Under the pieces are notes generated by a model. That model was not told the origin of the DNA. It was given only the letters and a program-made list of their open reading frames with translations, and did not search any database. DNA of 64,000 bases. It comes from Octopus vulgaris (taxonomy: Eukaryota). A program made the translations under genes and the position numbers. Where the stretch lies: contig OX597828.1 of assembly GCA_951406725.2 (NCBI GenBank), positions 44,516,001 through 44,580,000 on the forward strand, written 5' to 3'. The first letter of the stretch is position 1, and every line of letters starts with the position of its first letter. Positions 28,001-40,700 of this stretch are shown piece by piece.

Positions 28001-30637
28001 AATATTATTTCTCTTGCTCTCATTTTCCCATGTAATATATATATACATATATATATATATTTGTGAAGGCGCAATGGCCCAGTGGTTAGGGTAGTGGACT
28101 CGCGGTCGTAGGATTGCGGTTTCGATTCCCAGACCAGGCGTTGTGAGTGTTTATTGAGCGAAAACACCTAAAGCTCCACGAGGCTCCGGCAGGGGGTGGT
28201 GGCGATCCCTGCTGTACTCTTTCGCCACAACTTTCTCTCACTCTTTCTTCTGTTGGCCTGCTCGCTTAGCCAGCGGGGTGGCATCATTTGAAGGCTAAAA
28301 CAATGCGAAGCGCATTGTGACCAGCGATGTGTAGCAACATCTGATAGCCTGGTCGGTCACGGTGATATATATATTTAGGTCTTGCTAGTTATAAGGTGAC
28401 CTTATTTGTGCTGGTGCCATGAGAAAAGCACCTGATACACTCAGTAAAGCATAGTGTAAGGAAGGGCATCCAGCTGTAGAAAGTATGCCAAAACTGGGAC
28501 ATTATAACGCAAGTGTGGTGCTCCAACTCCTTTGGTCCTGTTGAATTGCTCAATCTTTGCCGGCATGGAAGGTCGATATAAAATGATGATAACCGTGATT
28601 GTCTGTACAACCCTGTGCATGTGTGCACACACAACACAGCCACACACTCACACACTCCTTCAGATTGTAACCAAGCGGTTAACTTCAGTTTGATTGGTGT
28701 TATTTCCCCTTGCATTACACAAACTATATTTATGCACAACAGCATCTATTATATGAGTGATAAACTATTTTCAGGACCAACTATTCCACAAAAGCAATGG
28801 AGAGATCTAAAAGAGAATTATCAAATGGTGAGTATTCTTTTCTTTTTTATTTTGAATTTCATTTTAGTTAGCACCATTCCAGCTTTTACACTTTTGGTGA
28901 ATCAATTTATTTTGACAAATAACAGCTGTGTGGTTAGAGAGTTCGCTTTGCTACCATGTGGTTTTGGGTTCAGTCCACTGCTTAGCCCCTTGCACTAGTG
29001 TCTTTGTTTATAGCCTGCGGCTTATAAAAACTTAGCGAGTGGATTTCATAGAAATGAGGGAAACTGATTGTGTGTGTGTGTGTATATATATATTGAGACC
29101 CCCCTCGGTCATGACTGACCGTGGGATTGACCCTCCCAGGCACAAGTCCAGGCAAGGTTGTTTATGGAAGGCCAGCGGTCGCCCGTGCATGCCGTTCTCC
29201 CCTCTCCACGTCACCGATGTTATCCAATGGAAAGGCAACAGCAGATACAGCTTGGCACCTGTGACGTCGCAACTCATTTCTACAGCTGAGTGAACTGCAG
29301 CAACATGAAATGAAGTGTCTTGCTCAAGAACACAACACACAGCCCGGTTTGGGCTTCAAACTCACAACCTCACAATCGTAAGCTCGACGCTCTAACCACT
29401 GAGCCATGCGCCTATATATATATATATATATATAGGTGCACCCCATGTGGTGTCACATAAAAGCACCTATGCGGACACACTCTGTAAAGTGGTTGGTGTT
29501 AGGAAGGGCATCCAGCCATAGAAACCATGCCAAAGCAGACTGGAGTCTGGTGCAGCTTGCCAGCTCTAGGTCAGACCATCCAACCCATGCCAGCATGGAC
29601 AACAGACTTTAAATGATGATTATTACGGCGATGATGATGATGATGGTACGTGGCTGATATTTCTCTTGTTGACCCTGGAAGGATGAAAGGTAAAACTGGC
29701 TGCTTGTATTGGTGATTGTATTCTTTTGGTCATTACTTAACATTCCTGACCATTGATGAGAAGAGACATAAAAACTGAACTGAAGATTGCAAGTTTGGCT
29801 ATTTTACCATTCTCTCCACTTCTGAAAATCAAATGCCGGAGCTGATAATTTACCGTGTCAGCCTCTACAATTTAAGCATCCAATTCATCCTCCTGGTTCA
29901 TCATCATCATCATCATCGTTTAACGTCTGCTTTCCATGCTAGCATGGGTTGGATGATTTGACTGAGGACTGGCAAACCAGATGGCTCCACCAGACTCCAA
30001 TCTGATCTGGCAGAGTTTCTACAGCTGGATGCCCTTCCTAATGCCAACCACTCCGAGAGTGTAGTGGGTGCTTTTACATGCCACCGGCACGATGGCCTGT
30101 CTGGTGGTACTGGCAACGGCTGCACTCAAATGGTGTTTTTTACATGCCACTTGCACAGGAGCCAGTCCACCTTAAAAGAAAAATAATCATGTTGCATTTT
30201 ATTTTTCCTTCTTTCTAATGTAATTATAATGTAGTAATTTGTTTGCACTGTTTCGTGTCTTTTAGTGGAGAAACAACAGAAGCAATTAAGTGACTGGTGT
30301 AGCAGAAAATTAAGCCTGACTAACGAATCTGAAGACAAGCCTTACCGAACTAAAATGGCTGGTAAAAACTTGGAAGTATTAGATAAAGCCCTTGAGGTAA
30401 TTATTTTTTGTTAATATTTTAATAAGCGGTGAGCTGGCAGAATCATTAGCACACCGGGCTAATTGCTTAGTGGCATTTCATCTGCCTTTATTTCCTCTGT
30501 TCAAATCCCACTGAGATCAGCTTTGCTTTTCGTCCTCTTGAGGACAATAAAATAAGTACCAGTTGAACACTGGGGTCGATGTAACCGACTCATACCCTCC
30601 CCCAAAATTGCTGCTCTTGTGGCAAAATTTCAAATCA

Positions 30638-30672
<35 letters not shown>

Positions 30673-33601
30673 GTTATTATTATTATTATTATTATTGTTA
30701 TCATTATTATTATTATTATTGTTATCATTATTATTATTATTATTATTATTTTCATTGAGTGAGAGAGCAGTGCATGCCATCAGAGTGACTCTGGGGTAAA
30801 ATATACGAAGCCCAGTATACCCATCATGACTGCCCGTCTGATAAGGGTACACTAGGCACATGCATCACAACCATATGTGCGCGACATGGTGATCTCATAT
30901 CAAGATAAACAGCACATGACCTTGCAGGTGGGGCCCCATTCTTCTGGTCGAATATGGATAGTTTATCCTGTTCATGCTATATTATTAGTATTATCCTGCA
31001 TTTGAGAATGTCAATGTGTGTTTTTATGTCAAGTTATATACAAAAACAATTTAACATTGAGGTGAATGACTACTCAAAACTTCTTAGAATAGGACAGGTT
31101 TAATAAACTTTTAGTTTCGGCTTACTCATCTTTGTCAGACAATCTAACGACAGGTAAGCATGCCAACACTTCAAAGTCACTATGAAACTTTTGCATGTAA
31201 TTGTTTAATGTATGTATCATGCTGGCATGGAAAACTAATGTTAAACAATGACAATATGTATAAATGTATATTCTTTGATAAGTCTGTTACCATGCTGGAG
31301 CACCATTGTCATCATTTAACATCCATTTTCTATGCTGGCATGGATTAAATCTATCTATCTGTCAGTTTGTCTATGTATGTAGTTGCCATGATTGATCATT
31401 AAATCCACAAGTTTTTTTTTTTATTCTCTCTCTACTTATTTCTGTGTTCCTTTCTGTTGAAGAGCATAGGCTTGAAATGTAAAAGACTTTCTCACTTTCT
31501 CGAACATCAAACTAATACACCTGTTTGTTGTTTATACACCTGTCTTCGTCTTTTGTTTTTCTGTAAATTTCAACTATATGTATGTGTGTGTATATATGGC
31601 TCCCTTGTTGGTGGCATATAAAAAGTATCCACTACTTTCCCGGAATGGTTGATTTTAGGAAGGGCATCGAGCTGTAGAAAGATTGCTAAATCAGATTGGA
31701 GCCTGGTGCAGCCTCCTGGCTTGCTAGTCCCCAGTCAAACCGTCAAACCCATGCCAGCATGGAAAACGGACGTTAAGTGATGATGATGATGATATATATA
31801 ACCTAGCCAAAACCAAAGTTCTAATAAGTAGGAAGGTAGACCAATCACAAACGCCTTCAGGTAGATGGCCCTGCTCGATCTGTAGAAAAGGTGTAGGTAG
31901 AAACTCTATAAGATGCACCAAGTGTAAGCTATGGACACATAAGAGGTGCAGCAATGTCAAAGGAAGGCTAACTAGGAAGATGGTTTTTGTAAGTGGCAGA
32001 TGCTCAGGAACAATAAACACTTAAAATGCTCTGAGACCAACTTCCGTCACTTTCCAGGGAGAAAAACTAGAAGTAGTTGATAGTTTCCGCTACCTAGGTG
32101 ACCAAGTCAGTAGCGGGTGTGCTGAAAGTATAACCGCTAGAGTAAGAATAGCCTGGGCAAAGTTTAGAGAGCTCTTACCCCTGCTGGTGACAAAAGGCCT
32201 CTCGCTCAAAGTAAAAGGCAGACTGTATGATGCATGTGTACGTACAGCCATGCTACATGGTAGTGAAACTTGGGCTGTGACTGCTGAGGATTTGCGTAAG
32301 CTCGCAAGAAATGAAGCTAGTATGCTCCGATGGATGTGTAACGTCAGTGTTCATAATCGACAGAGTGTAAGTACCTTGAGAGAAAAGTTGAACCTAAGAA
32401 GCATCAGTTGTTGTGTGCAAGAGAGACGTTTGCGCTGGTATGGTCATGTGATGAGAATGGCTGAAGATAGCTGTGTGCGAAAGTGCCACACCCTGGCAGT
32501 TGAGAGGACCTGTGGAAGAGGTAGACCCAGGAAAACCTGGGTCGAGGTGGTGAAGCACGACCTTCGAACTTTAGGTCTCACCAAGGAAATGACCAGTGAC
32601 CGAGACCTTTGGAAGTATGCTGTGCGTGAGAAAACCCGGCAAGGCCAGTGAGAACAGTCAAAATCAAAATCAAACCAATATCAGAAAGCAGAACCAAATT
32701 GAGGTCGATCAACATCAGGGCCCCGTGCAGGTGACACGTAAAAGCACCATCCGTTCATGGCCGTTTGCCAGCCCTGTCTGGACCCCGTGTCGGTGGCACG
32801 TAAAAGCACCATCCATTCGTGTTCGTTGCCAGCCTGGCCTGGCCCCTGTGCCGGTGACACGTAAAAGCACCATCCGTTCGTGGCCGTTTGCCAGCTCTGT
32901 CTGGCCCCCGTGCCGGTGACACGTAAAAGCACCATCCGTTCGTGGCCGTTTTCCAGCCCTGTCTGGCCCCCGTGTTGGTGGCACGTAAAAGCACCATCCG
33001 TTCGTGTCCGTTGCCAGCCTCGCCTGGCCCCCATGCCGGTGACACGTAAAAGCACCATCCGTTTCGTGGCCGTTTGCCAGCTCTGTCTGGCCCCCGTGTT
33101 GGTGGCACGTAAAAGCACCATCCGTTCATGTCCATTGCCAGCTTCGCCTGGCCACGTGCCGGTGACACGTAAAAGCACCATCCGTTCGTGGCCGTTTGCC
33201 AGCTCTGTTTGGCACCTGTGCGGGTGGCACGTAAAAAGCACCCACTACACTCACGGAGTGGTTGGCGTTAGGAAGGGCATCCAGCCGTAGAAACACTGCC
33301 AGATCTGACTAGGCCTGATGAAGCCTTCCAACTTCACAGACCTCAGTTGAACCGTCCAACCCATGCTAGCATGGAGAACGGACGCTAAATGATGATGATG
33401 ATGATGATGATATATATATATATATATATAGGCGCAGGAGTGGCTGTGTAGTAAGTAGCTTGCTAACCAACCACATGGTTCCGGGTTCAGTCCCATTGCG
33501 TGGCATTTTGGGCATGTGTCTTCTGCTATAGCCCCGGGCCGACCAATGCCTTGTGAGTGGATTTGGTAGACGGAAACTGAAAGAAGCCTGTCGTATATAT
33601 G

Positions 33602-33632
<31 letters not shown>

Positions 33633-34746
33633 CTGTGTTTGTTCCCCTAGCATTGCTTGACAACTGATGCTGGTGTGTTTACGTCCCCGTCACTTTGCGG
33701 TTCGGCAAAAAGAGACTGATAGAATAAGTACTGGGCTTACAAAAAGAATAAGTCCCGGGGTCGAGTTGTTCGACTAAAGACGGTGCTCCAGCATGGCCGC
33801 AGTCAAATGACTGAAACAAGTAAAAGAGAGAGTAAAAGAGATATATATATATATACACTTATAAGAATAGTTAGTGTGTTTAATGTATACAGGTGAATGT
33901 TTAAGTGGGTATGTCTGTGTGTTTGCATTCAAATTGAGATCTAACTATATTCTTTTTCTCTGTCTGTTCTTTTCTCTGTTATTCATCCCAAGAAGTCTGT
34001 AGAGGAGAAAGACGAACTTGAACCCTGGTTGATTAAAGAAATGGATCAGCTTCTCACAGATGCTTGGCTCACTGACAGTGAAGAAGCTTTTGAGCAGATC
34101 TTCAATTTAATCATTAACGAGAGCATCAGTGGTAAGGATCCTTAATTTGCTTTTCTTTTACCTGTTCACTTGTAGTCTGTTCACCATTAGCAATTCCGTT
34201 TCTTGGTTTCAGGTTCAGTTCCACTCCGTGGCACCTTAGGCAAGTTTTCTTTATTATACGCCCTGAGGTGACCAATACCTTGTGACTGGATTTGGTAGAT
34301 TGAAACTGATGAAAGAATATGCTGTCATCATCATAATCCTCACCATCATCATTTAACATCCACTTTCCATGCTGGCATGGGTTGGATGGTTTTACAGGAG
34401 CTGGCGAAACAGAGAGCTGCACCAGGGTCCACCTGTCTGTTTGGGCATGGTTTCTATGGATGGATGCCCTTCCTAATGCCAACCACTTTTTATGTGCTTT
34501 ATATGTGGGGCCAGCAGAAGTTCTTTATATGTAGCACTAGCACAGGTGCTTTATTTGTAACACCAGCACACACACACACACACACACATTTATCTATGTA
34601 CATATATATATGTGTATGTTTATGTCTCTTTATCTTTGACATTGTGTGATGGTTGTAAATGATTGCCTCTGTCATAGACCCTGATCAGTCCTTCAGCTGG
34701 TTTGCCAACCCATGTAGTATGGAAAATGGATATTAACTGATGATGG

Positions 34747-34786
<40 letters not shown>

Positions 34787-37700
34787 CTGGGAAAATTAAG
34801 TACTAGTTATGCACTGGGGTCGATGTAATTGACTTAATCCGTTTGTCCTTGTTTGTCCCCTCTGTGTTTAGCCCCTTGTGGGTAGTAAAGAAATATGTGA
34901 CAGCGTGTGTACCGTTGGCGATTTTTTTCCTCCATCTTCCCTTCTCTGGATCTTTCCTTTTCCTATGTTTCTGACGAAGAGCTCCGCTTGAAACATAAAA
35001 TCCTCCTTCTTCCCTTCCTTCCTAAGCATCCAATAATACTATATTTGTTCCACGTCCTCGCATTGTTGTGTTTTCTCTTTGGCACGTAAAAAGCACCATC
35101 CAACCGTGGCCGCTGCCAGCTTCGTCTGGTCCCCATGCCGGTGCACATAAAAAAGCACCATCCGATCGTGGCCGTTTGCCAGCCTCGTCTGGCACGTAAA
35201 AAGCACCCACTACACTCACGGAGTGGTTGGCATTAGGAAGGGCATCCAGCTGTAGAAACACTGCCAGATCAGATTGGGCCTGGTGCAGCCTTCTGGCTTC
35301 CCAGACCCCAGTTGAACCGTCTAACCCATGCTAGCATGGAAAGCGGACGTTAAATGATGATGATGATGATGATGATGATATATTAATAGTTATTGTCATG
35401 CTAACATGGCAGTCCAGAAAAATAGGATGAATGCTGCCTTTGATTAGCTCCAAGAGACCATCACCTCTAGCTATGTGACACATGAACCTGTGTCCATTAT
35501 AACCTTCGAACAGGGGAGGTCAGCTGCTTTCCCTTGCTGGTCTGGCATCTACGGACTAGTTTCAGGGTATTTGCCCCTCGTCAATGTAGAGCAGCCGAAC
35601 CAAGCAGGCGTTGAGATATAGATATGTGGGTTGAACAGTTTGACAGGAGCTGACCAGCTGAAGGGCTGTTCAGACTCCATGCCTGTTTTAGCATGGTTCC
35701 TACAGCAGGATGCCCTTCCTAACGCCAACCACTTTACAGAGCGTACTGGGTGCTTTTATGTAGCACCAGTAGCTATGAGCCCCACAAGATTAGAGATGTT
35801 CAGCTGGAGGGGGTTGCAAGGGACGGGCCTCTGTATGGAAGGGCAACCATACTTTTACTTAGCTTTACATGTCTTTTCAAGCACAGCAAACCACCAGGCA
35901 TCTTGGTTCTCTGTGATCCCCTATGTGAATCCTAGTGACTGGCTTCTATGCAGTTTCCATCTACCAAATTCATTCACAAGACGTTGGTCAGCCAAGGGCT
36001 ATTGTAGAAAACATTTGCTCAAGGTACCAAGTAATAGGACTTAACCTAGAACCCATGTTGTGAAGTGAGATTCTAAATGCCACCAATGCCTCTTTTTTTT
36101 TTTTTTTTTTTGGTGGGGCGGGTTCCTTTATTTTTGTTTTGTCATCATTTCTCATGTTTTCCCTTCTGTTTGTCGTAGTTGACTACAAGCATTCTGAAAC
36201 CAGTGCAACAGCGTTAATGATAGCCACTGGTCGAGGCTACTTCGATGTAGTCGAGAGGCTGTTGAGTCTGGGAGCAAGTGTCAATGTCCAGGCATCCAAT
36301 GATTGGACTGTCTTTGAATGGGCTAAGAAATTCCAAAGAGCTGAGATTCTGGAGCTTCTGGAAAGTTATCGGTAAATATAATTTTTGTACTTGTTTTATC
36401 TATTTGTCTTTTACTTGTTTCGGTCATTTGACTGTGGTCATGAGGAGTTTACTGGTCATGAGGAGTTGACTGTGGTCATGAGGAGTTTACTGGTCATGAG
36501 GAGTTGACTGTGGTCATGAGGAGTTTACTCCTGGTCATGAGGAGTTTACTGCCTTGAGGAGTTTACTCAAACCAATCAACTCCAGCACTTTTTTGGTAGA
36601 GGCACCTTCTACTATAGCCTCAGGCTGACTAAAGCCTTGTGATTAGATTTGGTAGAGGGAAACTAAAAGAAGCTCGTCGTATGTATATATATATATATTT
36701 ACGTATGTGTTTGTCCCCACCCACCATCACTTGAGAACTGATGTTGGTGTGTTTAGGTTCCCATAACTTAGCGGTTTGGCAAAAAAGACCGATGGAATAG
36801 ATACTAGGCTTGCAAAGGATAAGTCCTGGGGCTGATTTGTTTGACTATGGTTGAGTGAACTGGTGTAACATGAAATAAAGTGTCTTGCTCAAGAACACAA
36901 TACACCGCCCTGTCCAGGAATCGAACTCACTACCTCATGATTGCCCAATACTCTGACCACTGAGATTTATAGCTTTGAGATTTTGATAATATGTTTATTT
37001 TTTGAGTGACATTGTTGGGTAGGTGTAAGAGGCTGGATCTGACCAGTTTGAACTTAAAACAGGTGGAATATTTTGTTCCGGTATGGCTGGTTTAAATACG
37101 AAAGGGTTAACACTATAACTTTTTACTTGGTACTAAGTCCACTATGTTGATATTTGGGATACCTCAGTACTTGCATGTTTCCTTTTATTTCTGTAACCAT
37201 TTTCTGCATTGTGTGTGATAGGAATTCTCCAGAGGACAATGTCACATCGGACACAGTTCTAGTGAAGTCTTCTGAGAATATGACACCCCAGGACAGAGAA
37301 CTTTTGAACATCTACCACCAGTGTTTTGATGATGACAAAATTGACAAAGACCTCATCATGTGTCTTATCCATAAGATATGTACTACTTCTTCTGAAGGTA
37401 AGTTGTTTTTTCTAATTTAACTCAGACTGGGCCTGATGCAGCCTTCTGGCTTCACAGACCCCAGTTGAACCGTCCAACCCATGCTAGCATGGAAAGCGGA
37501 CGCTAAATAATGATGATGATGATGAACTCAACCATCTCAGTTCATCTCTACTTGGATCAAATGACATGCGGATAACTAGTTTTGTGGAGCAGAAACTGTT
37601 GTAGTAGCCGGAGAAAATGTGGAGTGAGGAGACCTCACATCTGAAGACGAAGACCAGATGTTGGCGAAAGACTTCTTGTAAATGAATCATGTTGGTCCCT

Positions 37701-40700
37701 TTTGGAGTTTCAGATACAACCACATTATTCAACTTATTCTTTTATTAGACAAGTGATATTTGAGGGAGATTTGGTTGCTCTGTCCAGAAGGTGAAGCGAT
37801 CATGTAACCTCCTGCATTGATTCAGCGTGATAGAGTTTGCACAGAAAGTAAAACTGTGAAAGGAAATAATTTGAACTTCAGTTAAACTAACTATTAGTTA
37901 CTGGCTGTGTGATTAAGAAGATTTGCTTGTCAACCACTTGGGTTTTGATCTTGTGTGACACCCCTATCAAGTACCTTCTGCTATAGCACCAAACCAACCA
38001 AATCCTTGTGAGTTGATTTGGTAGAGGGAAACAGAAAGAAGTCTTTGTGTGTATGTATTAAAAGCGATATGGATTTCATTTTTTATATTTTTATTTTTCC
38101 AGGTGCTATTCTTGTTTTTCTTCCTGGCTATGAAGATATTGTTGGTGTGAAAGAAAAAATTTTGGAAGAGAAAAGATTTGAGAGTATCAGGTAGGTAACA
38201 TACCATCCTGCCCCCTAATCTCTGTCTCATCACTCGCTCTCTCCCATTTGAAAACAATATATATCATCGTCATCGTTTAGTGTCCGTTTTCCATTCTGGC
38301 ATGGGTTGGACGATTTGCTGAGAACTGGCTAGCCAATAGGCTGCATCAGGCTCCAAACCACATGTTAAGAGTAAAAGATGTTTTATATGACATATTCTAT
38401 CAGTGTCCGAAGTTTGAAAGTGTTTAGTTACAAAAATTTTTTTAAAAATCTGTTGGTCAAAAGGTAAAGATCCGGATAGTATTACATATAGCACAGCACA
38501 TACCACAACACATAGCATATAACATATGTAATGCAATTTTTAAAACTAACAATTATAGTTACCATACTTTAATTTCTGTGGTGGAAATTAATTTTGGTGT
38601 CATATCTGTTGTAAACTTACCCTCCAGGATTAAATATAAAAAATCATAGGATATTATGTTATATTGTAAATTATATTGCATTACATATATGCTATGTTCA
38701 GTAGTTGATAAAGAGATAAATGAATTATAAATGAATTACAACCCTATGACCCCACTCTGCTCCATGCGATTCTTAGAAGTTGTAGTCTATTCTTAGCTAC
38801 AATAGCGACAACATGAATTTTTTCCATCTTCTTGCTCTGTTGAAATATTGGGGAAAATTATATTAAAATTTTCTACTTGTTAGAATTCCATTTATATATT
38901 TGTGCAGCTGAAGATGGTCCTGCATTGAAATTGATGTAATGATTGCATTGTTCAGTTAAATAAAGCCACTTGAAATGGGCATACAGCATTACTACTTGAT
39001 ATCCTGTTGCTTAATTTAATTTTATATCTATATTCTTTTCTGTTGAAGAGCAAAGACTTGAAACATCAAACACTTTTCCATTTTTCCTGAACATCAAACT
39101 GAACATCAGGCTCCAAACTGATCTAGCAAAGTTTCTATATCTGGATGCCCTTCCTAACGCTAACCACTCCAAGAGTGTAGTGGGTGCTTTTTACATGCCA
39201 CTGGCACTGGAGCCAGTCAGAGGGCATTGGCATCAACCATGTTCAGATTGTGCTTTTTACATACCACCAGCACGGTAGCCAGTCTGTGTGTGTATGTATG
39301 GTTCAAAATTGTACAAAAAGCAAAAACAAAAGACAGAGACAAGAGAAGGCAGGTGGCTCGTAAAAAGCACCATCCGACCGTGGCCGTTTGCCAGCCTCGT
39401 CTGGCACCTGTGCCGGTGGCACGTAAAAAGCACCATCCGACCGTGGCCGTTTGCCAGCCTCGTCTGGCACCTGTGCCGGTGGCATGTAAAAATCACCCAC
39501 TACACTCACGGAGTGGTTGGCGTTAGGAAGGGCATCCAGCCATAGAAACATTGCGAGATCAGACTGGGCCTGGTGCAGCCTTCTGGCTTCCCAGACCCCA
39601 GTTGAACCATCCAACCCATGCTAGCATAGCATGGAAAGCAAACGCTAAATGATGATGATGATGATGATGATAATTATCCTGTTTATTTGTCGTTTGTCAT
39701 TAACCATTTCCATGTTCATTTTGATTTTTCACATATATATATTTACGACCTATTTTCAGATATATTCTTTTTATGTTACACTCCTCTATGCAGTCACTGG
39801 ATCAGAAACGAGTTTTTAAATCATCTCCACCAGGAGTGAGGAAAATTGTACGTAACCTATTATTTCTATATGTAACCTTTTGACATTTAAACTGGCCACA
39901 TTCAGCTCAAATATTCTAGTTGTTTTTATGTTCAGGCCAGCTAGCCCTGCCCTCACACACTTTCCCTACAATATCATTTTGAAAATATGCAATCACATCA
40001 ATCAAATACTCTTTTACTTGTTTCAGTCATTTGACTGCGGCCATGCTGGAGCACTGCTTTAGTCGAGCAAATCGACGCCATGACTTATTCTTTGCAAGCC
40101 CAGCACTCATTCTATCGGTCTCCCTTGCCGAAATGCTAAGTTACGGGGACGTAAACACACCAGCATTGGTTGTCAATCGATGTTTTGGGGGATAAACACA
40201 GACACACAAATACACACATCATCATCATCATCATCATCATCGTTTAACGTCCGTTTTCCGTGCTAGCACGGGTTGGACGGTTTCGACCGGGGTCTGGGGA
40301 GCTCGGGACTGCCCCAGGCTCCAGTCTAGTCTGGCAGTGTTTCTACAGCTGGATGCCCTTCCTAACGCCAACCACTCCGCGAGTGTAGTGGGTGTTTTTT
40401 ACGTGCCACCTGCACAGGTGCCATATACATATATACGACGGGCTTCTTTCAGTTTCCGTCTACCAAATCCTATCGCAAGGCTTTGGTCGGCCCGAGGCTA
40501 TAGTAGAAGACACTTGCCCAAGGTGCCACACAGTGGGACTGAACCCCTAACCATGTGGTTGGTAAGCAAGCTACTTACACACAGCCGCTCCTGCACCTAT
40601 TATGTGACACTTATAACACCTAGGTTTCCCAAGCAGTCACCCATCTAAGTACTAACTAGGCTCGACGTTGCTTAACTTTGGTGATCGGACGAGAACCGGT

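Noticed and set aside
30517-30861. Poly-Asn and poly-Leu ORFs
   Set aside because: These are translations of the (ATT)n microsatellite.
32720-33245. CRISPR-like regularly spaced repeats
   Set aside because: The intervening sequences are themselves homologous, the context is eukaryotic, there are no cas genes, and the array is an RTE 3' UTR.
38902-38990. CTGAAGA...GAAA hammerhead-like motif
   Set aside because: Stems I and II pair poorly; at best a heavily decayed fossil.
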